The notes beneath the pieces are model-generated. The model was not told where the DNA came from. It ran no database searches and was given only the letters and a program-made list of their open reading frames with translations. The position numbers and the translations under genes are program-made. This document shows, piece by piece, positions 57,101 to 64,000 of a stretch of 64,000 bases of DNA. Source of the stretch: Candidatus Magasanikiibacteriota bacterium (GTDB lineage Bacteria; Patescibacteriota; Patescibacteriia; Magasanikbacterales; UBA922); the NCBI GenBank assembly GCA_041674805.1, contig JBAYVA010000002.1:83234-147233 (forward strand), read 5' to 3'. Each line of letters opens with the position of its first letter. Positions within the stretch are counted from its first letter, which is position 1.

Positions 57101-57431
57101 AATTCCAAAAACTGATACAACTACATCTGTAAAAGAAACTGGAAGTACTGGTACTACTACAAATACTAATAACAATAATTCTTCTAACAATACTGAAGAA
57201 GAAACAGTTATTGAAGAAGAAATTATAGAAGAAAGTACAATTGAGGAAGAAGATACTTCTTCTGAAGAAGAGTTTATTTTTGAAAATATCAAAGAAGAAA
57301 GTATTAAAGAAACACCAGTTGGAGAAGTAGAAGAACTACCAACTTGGATAAAAATCATCTTTGGTAGTGGTGCTTTAGCTGCTGTAGCTGGCGCTGGTCT
57401 TGCTATTAATAAAGTGAGAAAGAATATATAA
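54159..57431 (+). CDS. Giant cell-surface protein B (paralog of A)
   Basis: MKNNFFAKLGNFFLVSAVLFNGFGV signal peptide. PKD domain is about 85% identical to A. C-terminal EELPTWIKIIFGSGALAAVAGAGLAINKVRKNI. Confidence 0.8.
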   Translation: MKNNFFAKLGNFFLVSAVLFNGFGVGLVSAEYAEVVSPTFSLLVDNVKEGNLGETTTYNVGVKYNGPVLVSDYTVEVIFYSVLNDTFAEYGVDYEVPNSVPNLEDSSYFLTFTPATQNDELFVPVTVMGNDTINSFNVLFKYIIFTIKGINIDQPDQLFGLSIEDDDVPTIIEPIFTPATSVVYEGVATGANVTKLVNNNNTDLIYTIELTGDALLEQEFGLSVIDEQNISTPIMSNFFNLSVPRNSSSTFSVRTNGIYDNSSFDNVAKQTIWTVTNAFDESIFIDYDLSLSNINFTLDIKDEENDVGFINPASSVAEGISLNDSNSSLVYNNGTDNDVSLTFELSGTASSLTDYTVRTNELSSGSTWVVPKNSIKSFPVDILNVTGEKNLVFTITKIDLLNDNGTIKNGNITPILPNAQTHTLTILDNVVPPVNHAPVAIMQPILLGNVNVGSNSTPVSFSTTFSDPDSDVLTYSVELSNPVIATSQITAGELVLTGTSVGTTTVTMMATDPDGLSASTTFSLTVVENNNGGGNNSPTVNIPIATQYIDLYTTSTLTINNAILQNLFSDADVNDIVGISLTNNTDATVVTTTPGIEFSSLMLTGLKVGASVIELTGDDTHGGIVTSTFAVIVSDSTPIEGNNAPTLSTTTVFVDNEISLQETFGSNLHLYFEDVDAGDTLTFSATTTDASIVTSGIDALGQITLTPHNYGTVQVIVTATDNQGASVSDAFSLKVNTPPELTVNTLGNKQIDLKVSSSLLIDSNTIRGVFTDRDGEILTISVSDNSDNTVVTTTLGEDDSLTLLGLKVGTSTIEITADDGYEITSTTFLVTVVNSTSEETGNNGGNSGSSSGSSGGGGSALLSNTAPQAAITNGQEVTVEVNKEITFDASQSTDKENNIRFYFWNFGDDSDEVYYTVPTVKHTYTKISNYTLISKVRDAYGAESIAEVKVKVVAAKGSTNTGTTNNTSNTNTESETKNETTIPKTDTTTSVKETGSTGTTTNTNNNNSSNNTEEETVIEEEIIEESTIEEEDTSSEEEFIFENIKEESIKETPVGEVEELPTWIKIIFGSGALAAVAGAGLAINKVRKNI

Positions 57432-57449
57432 TTTCTTAATTGTGAAATT

Positions 57450-57484
57450 AAAAAACACTGTCCGTGATAGGACAGTGTTTTTGT
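57450..57484. terminator. Bidirectional Rho-independent terminator (surface protein B / miaA)
   Basis: A5, then AACACTGTCC-GTGATA-GGACAGTGTT, then T6. Confidence 0.75.
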
Positions 57485-57494
57485 TTTCTTAATT

Positions 57495-58445
57495 TTAATC
57501 TTTTAAAAATTTTGCTATCAATTTTTCTGCTTCATCTCTATTTTCTAGCCAGTTGATTCTTTGGTCACGCTTGAACCAAGTCATTTGTTTTTTGGCAAAA
57601 TGTTTGGTCTCTCTTTTCAGTTTTTTGATAGCATCTTCCAGGCTTTCTTTTCCTTCTAAATGATCACGAAATTGACGATAACCAATACCACTCATACTTG
57701 GTAAGTCCCAGCTGTATTTTTGTTTTTGTAGTTTTTTTATTTCTTCCAAAATTCCTTCTTGTATCATTTTGTCAACGCGATCCTCTATTCTTTGGTGAAT
57801 AATTTCTTTTTCTGCTTTGAGGCCAATTTGTAAAATATCAAAAAGTTGTTCGCCCATTTTTTGTTGAGTAGAAAATGGTTCACCGCTGAGGATACTGACT
57901 TCTAGAGCTCGGATAATTCTTCTTTTGTTGTTGATATCAATTATTTCGGCAGAAATAGGATCTACTTGTTTTAACCATTCGACTAGATCTTCAATACTTT
58001 TTTCTTCGAAACTTCTTCTTAGTTTTTTGTTGGGAGCAATTCTTGGCATCTTATAATTATCAACTAGTGATTGTATATACATACCAGTACCACCGACCAC
58101 AAAAGGAATTTTATTTTTCATGTGGATCATCTTGGCATACTTGATGGCTTGGTCGTGAAATTCGGCGGCAGTGAAATATTTGCCAGGATCAAGGAAATCT
58201 ACCAAATAATGTGGAACATCATCAACATAATAATTTTTTTTGAAACCCTCGCGTTTCCATTGACCGAGAGGTTTGGCTGTGCCTATGTCCATTTTTTTAT
58301 AAAGTTGTCTTGAATCTGCTGAAATTATTTCTCCTCCAAATTTTTTGGCCAAATGCAAACTCCAATCAGTTTTGCCACTGGCGGTAGGTCCCAAGATGAC
58401 AATTAGTTTGGGAAGTTGTGTGTTTTCTGTATGTTTGTTGGACAC
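57495..58445 (-). CDS. miaA: tRNA dimethylallyltransferase
   Basis: P-loop LIVILGPTASGKTDWSLHLAKKFGGEIISADSRQLYKKMDIGTAKP. Confidence 0.9.
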   Translation of the reverse strand: MSNKHTENTQLPKLIVILGPTASGKTDWSLHLAKKFGGEIISADSRQLYKKMDIGTAKPLGQWKREGFKKNYYVDDVPHYLVDFLDPGKYFTAAEFHDQAIKYAKMIHMKNKIPFVVGGTGMYIQSLVDNYKMPRIAPNKKLRRSFEEKSIEDLVEWLKQVDPISAEIIDINNKRRIIRALEVSILSGEPFSTQQKMGEQLFDILQIGLKAEKEIIHQRIEDRVDKMIQEGILEEIKKLQKQKYSWDLPSMSGIGYRQFRDHLEGKESLEDAIKKLKRETKHFAKKQMTWFKRDQRINWLENRDEAEKLIAKFLKD

Positions 58446-58473
58446 AAGATTGTAAGTTATTTATATATTGTTA

Positions 58474-59814
58474 TTATAGCATTTTCCCCCATAAAATCCA
58501 GTGTCCTGCTTCGGTGATGATTACTTTTACTATTTTACCAATCAAAGATTTGTCTCCTGGAAAATTGATGCGTTTCATTTCGCGAGAGTTGCCACCGCAC
58601 ATTCCGTTTTTGAAAGTGTCCACCAAGACAGATACTTCTTTGTTTAAGTATAATTGATTTTTGCGTAAAACGATATCTTCCATCAAATGTTGTAATTTAA
58701 ACCAACGTTTTTTCTTTTCATCTTGAGTAATATTGTCTGTGAAAGCTTTGTCAGCTGTCGTGCCAGAACGAGTAGAATATTTGGCAGTATAAGATATATC
58801 AAAATCACATTCTTGATAAAGTGAAATAGTTTCAGCAAAATCTTCGTCTGTCTCATCACAAAAACCAACAATAATATCTGTACCAATTGCAATGTCTGGT
58901 TTTTTTTCTCTGATTTTCTTTATTTTTTCTAAATACAATTCACGAGTGTGCTTGCGATTCATTTTTTTCAAAATCTTGCTACTGCCAGATTGCACTGGTA
59001 AATGTATAAAATTCAATTGTTTTGGCAGTGTCAAAGCATCAATTACTTCATCGTCCATGTGAATCGGATGTGGTGCTGTCCAGTGAATACGTTCTAGCCC
59101 CTCAATTTGATTTAGTTCCCATAGCAATTTGGCAAAATCATTTTGTGTATAAGGATTATTTGAACTGAATTTGTCGTCTTCTTTGGCAAGCCAATGATTG
59201 ACTATTTGTCCCAAGAGTGTGATTTCTAGACAGCCATAGTTTACTAGAGATTTTACTTCATCAAGAATATCTTTGAGTGGTCTGTTTACTTCCATACCTC
59301 GAGCATAAGGTACGACACAATAGGTACAGAACTGGTTACAACCTGTCTGAATGGTCACAAAAGCCTGGAATTTACTTTTGACGTGTGGTTTGACACTTAG
59401 ATAATCAAGTTCTAAATCTATTGGTCTAAGCTCTGGATTGAGTTCTGAGAGCCACTTTGGCATCATAATCACATCTTTAGTCGGGAAAAATAGATCTACG
59501 CCTTTCAATCTTTTGCGTAATGTGCCATCTTTGTCACGTCCTGGCATACAGCCTGTCACTGCGACGATTAAGTTTGGTTTAGTTTCTTTTAACTTTGCAA
59601 ATTCATGAGAAAAACTATAGATACGATCTTCAGCCGATTCGCGAATAGAGCAACTGTTCATGAGTATCACGTCAGCTTCTTCTGGCTTATCTGTTGATAT
59701 CATATTCATGGACTCAAAAATAGATTCAATACGCTCTGAATCATTTTTGTTCATTTGGCAACCGAATGTTATAATATGATAGTGGAATTTTTTGTTTTCT
59801 TGATGGTCTTTCAT
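58474..59814 (-). CDS. miaB: tRNA-i6A37 methylthiotransferase (radical SAM)
   Basis: N-terminal MTTase Cys triad (FGCQMN...), radical-SAM CNQFCTYCVVP, and a TRAM domain. Confidence 0.9.
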   Translation of the reverse strand: MKDHQENKKFHYHIITFGCQMNKNDSERIESIFESMNMISTDKPEEADVILMNSCSIRESAEDRIYSFSHEFAKLKETKPNLIVAVTGCMPGRDKDGTLRKRLKGVDLFFPTKDVIMMPKWLSELNPELRPIDLELDYLSVKPHVKSKFQAFVTIQTGCNQFCTYCVVPYARGMEVNRPLKDILDEVKSLVNYGCLEITLLGQIVNHWLAKEDDKFSSNNPYTQNDFAKLLWELNQIEGLERIHWTAPHPIHMDDEVIDALTLPKQLNFIHLPVQSGSSKILKKMNRKHTRELYLEKIKKIREKKPDIAIGTDIIVGFCDETDEDFAETISLYQECDFDISYTAKYSTRSGTTADKAFTDNITQDEKKKRWFKLQHLMEDIVLRKNQLYLNKEVSVLVDTFKNGMCGGNSREMKRINFPGDKSLIGKIVKVIITEAGHWILWGKML

Positions 59815-59967
59815 AAAATTTTAACATTTATAACTTACAATAAGGAATGGGGAACGGGGAATGAGGAATGTTTATTAAAAAAATGATTAGTATAAATTCT
59901 TGTTAAGATTAGTGTTACAATTATAATGATTTTTTCAAAAAATGCAAGAGTTAGCAAAAAATTGACA

Positions 59968-59996
59968 TTGACAAAACGCGTTTTTTGTGCTATAAT
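59968..59996 (+). promoter_or_regulatory. Perfect-consensus sigma70 promoter
   Basis: TTGACA (59968-59973), 17 bp, TATAAT (59991-59996). About 34 nt upstream of the ATG at 60030. Confidence 0.7.
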
Positions 59997-60029
59997 AAGT
60001 ACATAAATTAATATTTTTAATATAAAAAT

Positions 60030-60329
60030 ATGGAATCAGAAAGAAAAATACCTTTAGGTCATTCTGAATATAACATGCCTGCTGTTGGAATTTCTATGGG
60101 TAACTCAAGTAAAAAACCTGAATTTGTTAATACTAAAGTTGCAAGATCTTACGCTGAAAAAGTTCCTTCTCGTGATATACAAAAATCTCCATTAGAATCA
60201 TTAGAAACACAAACTATAAAACAAAAATCAGAAACACAAACTACAAAACAAAGAATTGAGGATCTTCGTAGTAGAATTTTGAAAACAAGAAGAGATTCAA
60301 ATACTCCCTCATCACTTTCAAAAGATTAA
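60030..60329 (+). CDS. Hypothetical low-complexity protein
   Basis: 99 aa, S/T/K/Q-rich, predicted disordered. Confidence 0.45.
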   Translation: MESERKIPLGHSEYNMPAVGISMGNSSKKPEFVNTKVARSYAEKVPSRDIQKSPLESLETQTIKQKSETQTTKQRIEDLRSRILKTRRDSNTPSSLSKD

Positions 60330-60365
60330 AAACAATATTTATCATCTTTATTTAATTCAAAATAT

Positions 60366-61412
60366 ATGAATTCAAGATCTCCAGAAGAGCGACATCCTCA
60401 AAAGGGTATAGAGGATTTTACAGGTTCTGGTTCTAATGTGAAAAAAGAATCTAACGTTGTGTCTGTTACTGAACAATTAGCTCAAAAGAAACGTGAAAAA
60501 TTTCTTGCAGGTTTTGCAGTTGGAAACAAGAGACAGATAAAAGATATGATAGCAAATAGAAAATCTGCTCCGGATAATGGTGGGTTGTCTGTTACTGAAC
60601 AATTAGCTCAAAAGAAAGGTGAAATTATTGAATCTAAAAAAGAATCAGAATTAAAATCAGATATTGATACTACAAAACCTATGAGAGATCGTAGTTTTTT
60701 GGCTGAAGCTAGATCAGCTGAAAGAAGAAGAGAAGAATATGTGGCTACAGGCAAAAGAAAACAACAAGAACAAGAAGAGGAAAAACTTGATTTAGAAGTT
60801 GCTTATAAAAATTTGGCTTCTGCTGTTGTTAAAGATGCTACAAAATTAGAGGAATATTTGGATAATGATGTTTTGAATAGACAATATTTTGCTAAAGATG
60901 GAGATATTCGTAGTGATAAAATTGCAGAAGTAAGATCTGGTTTTGTGGATAATGGAAAAGTTTCTGGAGATAAAATAGTTGTAAGAAATATAGATGAAGA
61001 AGCATTTTTGAGAGATTATAAAGAAACTGGAGTAATAAAACATTTTGAAGAAGAAAAAACACACACACCAGAAGAAACTGGAGTAATAAAACATTTTGAA
61101 GAAGAAAAAATAAAAACACCAGAAGAATTAAAAAGTGAATGTATCGTTATTATCAAAGAATTAAAAACTAATTATGGTGTAAATGTAAATGAAGATGGTA
61201 CTATTCCTGCTGGTTTCTTAGGAATGAATAGAAAAAAAGTTTTGAAGCTTGAAGAAACAGTTCCTATTTTTTCTGCAACAACTAAAGAGCTCGTTGATTT
61301 GAATACACAAATATATGCTGCATCTCACAATACTAATAATGTGCGTGTAAGTAGTAATGTTAAAAGAAATAATACTCCAAGAACAGGAGGCAATGTCTTG
61401 ACAGGTAATTAA
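60366..61412 (+). CDS. Hypothetical protein with internal tandem repeats
   Basis: Repeats LSVTEQLAQKK(R/G)E... x2 and ETGVIKHFEEEK(T/I)(H/K)TPEE x2. K/E-rich. Confidence 0.5.
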   Translation: MNSRSPEERHPQKGIEDFTGSGSNVKKESNVVSVTEQLAQKKREKFLAGFAVGNKRQIKDMIANRKSAPDNGGLSVTEQLAQKKGEIIESKKESELKSDIDTTKPMRDRSFLAEARSAERRREEYVATGKRKQQEQEEEKLDLEVAYKNLASAVVKDATKLEEYLDNDVLNRQYFAKDGDIRSDKIAEVRSGFVDNGKVSGDKIVVRNIDEEAFLRDYKETGVIKHFEEEKTHTPEETGVIKHFEEEKIKTPEELKSECIVIIKELKTNYGVNVNEDGTIPAGFLGMNRKKVLKLEETVPIFSATTKELVDLNTQIYAASHNTNNVRVSSNVKRNNTPRTGGNVLTGN

Positions 61413-61423
61413 TAATATTTTTT

Positions 61424-61630
61424 ATGGAAGATAACACACAAAAAACAAATCCAATTCCTGATTATACAAACATGACAGAACAAGAAAGAATGGACGCCGC
61501 TATGAAACAAGCTGGTATGGCTCCAGGTGATATTGGTAAGATGGTTGCCAAAAATATGGCTACCAATATGGCCAAGAGTACTGCTAAGAATTGGATTAGA
61601 ACTTTGCTTCATAGTATTTTTAAGTTTTAA
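61424..61630 (+). CDS. Hypothetical small protein
   Basis: 68 aa. Alanine/methionine-rich MAKxxA repeats and an amphipathic C-terminus. Confidence 0.4.
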   Translation: MEDNTQKTNPIPDYTNMTEQERMDAAMKQAGMAPGDIGKMVAKNMATNMAKSTAKNWIRTLLHSIFKF

Positions 61631-61740
61631 ACATTTTTTTGTTGAAAGTGCTCCTTAGTTTTTAAGGAGTATTTTTTTGACATTGCAATAACACAAATAC
61701 TCACGAATATTCACAAATATTTTTTTTGGTTAGTTCTATT

Positions 61741-61756
61741 ATCTCCATTTTATCTC
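61741..61756 (-). promoter_or_regulatory. GAGATAAAATGGAGAT (copy 3, exact, minus strand), about 110 bp upstream of the pseudouridine synthase gene
   Basis: The plus strand reads ATCTCCATTTTATCTC. Confidence 0.55.
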
Positions 61757-61863
61757 TATTTATTATTAGATTTTATTAAAATATAAAAATATTCCGCCCA
61801 AGGCTGATCAGTCTTCGCTGAAAAAGTATTAAAACACTCTCGTTAAGTAAGTATTTCAAAATT

Positions 61864-62622
61864 ATGCTCGTTCGTCTCCAAAAACACATCGCAGATTTAG
61901 GAATTTGTTCTCGTCGTAAGGCTGAAGAACTTATTTTGGCTAAAAAAGTAAAAGTAAATGGAAAATTAATTACAGAAATGGGTGTAAAAGTGGATCCAGA
62001 AAAAGATAAAGTTGAAATCATAACAGACAAAAAAACAAAAACATTTGTAAAAAGAACTTTTGATAGTCCTGTTAATAATAATGGCAAAGTTTATATTATT
62101 TTGAACAAACCTGTTGGTTACATTACAAGTGCTTCTAGTGAACAAGGTGAATCAGTGTTGGATCTTTTGACTTCACAAAACTGTGTAATGAAAGGTGGAG
62201 AAGTGAAGGCTAGAGTTTATCCTGTTGGTCGTTTAGACAAAGATTCTGAAGGATTAGTACTTTTGACTAACGATGGTGATTTGACGAATGAACTTACTCA
62301 TCCTCGTTATGAACACGAAAAAGAATATGAAATTACTATTGATGGTTTTCTTACCAAAGATGCTGTGAAGATATTGACCAAGGGTATGCAAATAGGTGAT
62401 GATTATGTAAATGGTATACAGCTTGTGAAAGAATTCAAAAAAGGACGTACTTCTATTATTACAGCAATTTTAACAGAAGGTAAAAACAGACAAATTAGAA
62501 AGATGTTTGGTAGTATTGGTTACCGTGTAATGACCTTACGTCGTAGCCGTATAAATAAATTGAAATTGGGTGTATTGCCTGTGGGAAAGTGGAAATATAT
62601 AACTAAAGATAAAATTGTTTAA
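61864..62622 (+). CDS. Pseudouridine synthase, RsuA/RluB family (S4 domain + catalytic domain)
   Basis: S4: LQKHIADLGICSRRKAEELI. Catalytic: GRLDKDSEGLVLLTNDGDLTNELTHP. Confidence 0.85.
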   Translation: MLVRLQKHIADLGICSRRKAEELILAKKVKVNGKLITEMGVKVDPEKDKVEIITDKKTKTFVKRTFDSPVNNNGKVYIILNKPVGYITSASSEQGESVLDLLTSQNCVMKGGEVKARVYPVGRLDKDSEGLVLLTNDGDLTNELTHPRYEHEKEYEITIDGFLTKDAVKILTKGMQIGDDYVNGIQLVKEFKKGRTSIITAILTEGKNRQIRKMFGSIGYRVMTLRRSRINKLKLGVLPVGKWKYITKDKIV

Positions 62623-62694
62623 ATCATTTTTACTGGAGTATTTTAGATTTTGGTTTAGTATGATATACTAAAAGTATAATATTAATTTTTTTAT

Positions 62695-63756
62695 ATGATA
62701 AAAGGTACAGCAAATTTTAGTAAAATGAGATCAATATTTTTTTTCGGTCTTATTGGTATTTTGACTTTAGGAGTATTATATCTTTTTGCTCCATTTTTTT
62801 ATCCTATATTTTGGGCAGCCGTGCTCGCAGTAATTTTTTATCCACTTTATAAATGGTTTTTAAAATTATTTAAAAAAGAAGGAATAAGTGCTGGTGTTTC
62901 GGCAAGTATTGTTTTTTTGATGTTGATTTCGGTAGTTAGTATTTTATCTTTTTTATTGGTTAACCAATCAATATCTCTATATAATGATGTCTCAAGTAGT
63001 GGTGTGTTCCAAAATTCAACTAATAATTTTTCTTCTTGGCTAGAAAAAACTCCTTTGTCACCATATTTTACAGAACTAAAAAATAATTGGACTTCATATA
63101 TTAATGATTTCACTAAGAATCTTAGTGTTTGGATTGTTAATTTTGTAAAGGATGGTACTACTGTTTCTATAATATTTGTATTCAAAATTTTTATAATGTT
63201 TTATACTTTATATTATTTTTTTAAAGATGGTAAAAGATTATTGATTTGGTTAGAAAAAATATCACCTTTGGGGAATAAATATGAAGTAAGTCTTTATGAT
63301 AGATTCACTTCTACGGTGAGGGCTACTTTAAAAAGTACTTTATTTGTCGGTACTATACAAGGTACTTTGGGTGGTTTTATATTTTGGTTGACAGGTATAA
63401 AAGGAGCTTTTGTTTGGGGTGTAATCATGGTTATTATTGCTATTATACCTGCTGTGGGACCTTCTCTTGTCCTTGGAATTGCTGCTATTATAATGCTTGT
63501 GGTTGGAAATATTTGGCAAGCTATAGTTTTGGCTATTGCTACTGTAGTTATTAGTTTTGTTGATAATCTTATTCGTCCTGCTTTTATTGGCAAAGATATT
63601 CAAATGCATCCTTTATTAGTTTTCTTTAGTATTTTGGGTGGTTTGGCTTTGTTTGGGGCTTCTGGTTTTGTTATAGGTCCTGTGATTGCAGCTCTTTATC
63701 TTTCTGTTATTGCTATTTATGAAAGTTATTATAAGAAAGAGTTGAAAGATAATTAG
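62695..63756 (+). CDS. AI-2E family transporter (PerM/YdiK/YhhT-like)
   Basis: Eight TM helices. The C-terminal conserved block ...ISFVDNLIRPAFIGKDIQMHPLLVFFSILGGLALFGASGFVIGPVI. Confidence 0.8.
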   Translation: MIKGTANFSKMRSIFFFGLIGILTLGVLYLFAPFFYPIFWAAVLAVIFYPLYKWFLKLFKKEGISAGVSASIVFLMLISVVSILSFLLVNQSISLYNDVSSSGVFQNSTNNFSSWLEKTPLSPYFTELKNNWTSYINDFTKNLSVWIVNFVKDGTTVSIIFVFKIFIMFYTLYYFFKDGKRLLIWLEKISPLGNKYEVSLYDRFTSTVRATLKSTLFVGTIQGTLGGFIFWLTGIKGAFVWGVIMVIIAIIPAVGPSLVLGIAAIIMLVVGNIWQAIVLAIATVVISFVDNLIRPAFIGKDIQMHPLLVFFSILGGLALFGASGFVIGPVIAALYLSVIAIYESYYKKELKDN

Positions 63757-63923
63757 TAAAGTAAAAAATAATAATATAAATAAAACGTTTTATTAAATAA
63801 TAGAACGTTTTTAATTACAAATTTCTAATGTCAAAACTTTTTGTAATTAATAATTTGAAATTGATTTGATATTTGGATTTTTTAATTTGAAGTTTGTTTC
63901 TTAGTAAGAAAATTTATATATTA

Positions 63924-63950
63924 AAAAATAGACTTAGTAGTCTATTTTTT
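63924..63950. terminator. Bidirectional Rho-independent terminator
   Basis: A6, then TAGACT-TAGT-AGTCTA, then T6. Confidence 0.6.
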
Positions 63951-63951
63951 G

Positions 63952-64000
63952 TACCGCGGGCGGGACTTGAACCCGCACGACATTGCTGCCAAGGGATTTT
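63952..64000 (-). tRNA. Partial tRNA (3' half; gene continues beyond window end), isotype undetermined
   Basis: Reverse complement is ...GTCGTGCGGGTTCAAGTCCCGCCCGCGGTACA. It has a T-arm GCGGG-TTCAAGT-CCCGC and acceptor 3' strand CCGCGGT, with discriminator A. Confidence 0.6.

Noticed and set aside
1-64000. Alternative genetic code (UGA recoding, as in some CPR lineages)
   Set aside because: TGA terminates several well-conserved genes at the expected length. Examples are the comM fragment at 303-305 and the small ORF at 21644-21646. No conserved protein requires TGA read-through.
1-64000. CRISPR arrays and rRNA genes
   Set aside because: I saw no regularly spaced direct repeats with unique spacers. 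No 16S, 23S or 5S-like GC-rich stretches were seen. The only repeated short motifs are the regulatory-type repeats reported above.

Overview
This 64-kb window is about 30% GC and looks like a chromosome segment from a small-genome, CPR/Patescibacteria-like bacterium. It uses the standard code: TGA acts as a stop. Housekeeping genes lack Shine-Dalgarno sequences, and there are giant LTD/PKD-rich surface proteins. The window spans the replication origin, with dnaN<-dnaA | oriC | rpmH-rnpA-yidD. It carries at least 10 tRNA genes plus one atypical tRNA-like element. There is a complete dTTP-synthesis cluster: dCMP deaminase, a P-loop kinase, dut, thyA, folA and tmk. Other recognisable genes are tig, polA, holA-like, hppA, rpsT, rmuC, msrB/msrA, TspO, transaldolase, gatB, miaB-miaA, an RsuA/RluB-family pseudouridine synthase, an AI-2E transporter, PBP1A, a LysM-M23 peptidase and a CPA2 antiporter. 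The features I could not explain, in the order they appear in the findings: (1) a roughly 550-bp GC-rich (~55% GC) island carrying two small ORFs, each led by a strong SD, in a genome that otherwise has no SD; (2) GC-rich phased ACGCGGA direct repeats shared by the tig and thyA upstream regions; (3) a 43-bp element with a 9-bp-phased TAAGCA periodicity found at both the tig and polA promoters; (4) a recurring 16-mer, GAGATAAAATGGAGAT, upstream of msrA, tmk and rluB; (5) tRNA-Arg with flanking tRNA fragments, a small tyrosine recombinase with a box-I R->K change, and two perfect palindromes, which together look like an integrative-element remnant; (6) a PRTase::CDA-deaminase fusion gene; (7) two tandem paralogous giant surface proteins (~1000 aa each) with a conserved signal peptide, a mosaic of near-identical blocks, and an unusual C-terminal 'EELPTW'-TM-basic tripartite tail that resembles a sorting signal; (8) a GGDEF-like protein with an SGDEY motif; (9) an operon of three low-complexity repeat proteins driven by a perfect-consensus sigma70 promoter. 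No CRISPR array and no rRNA were seen.
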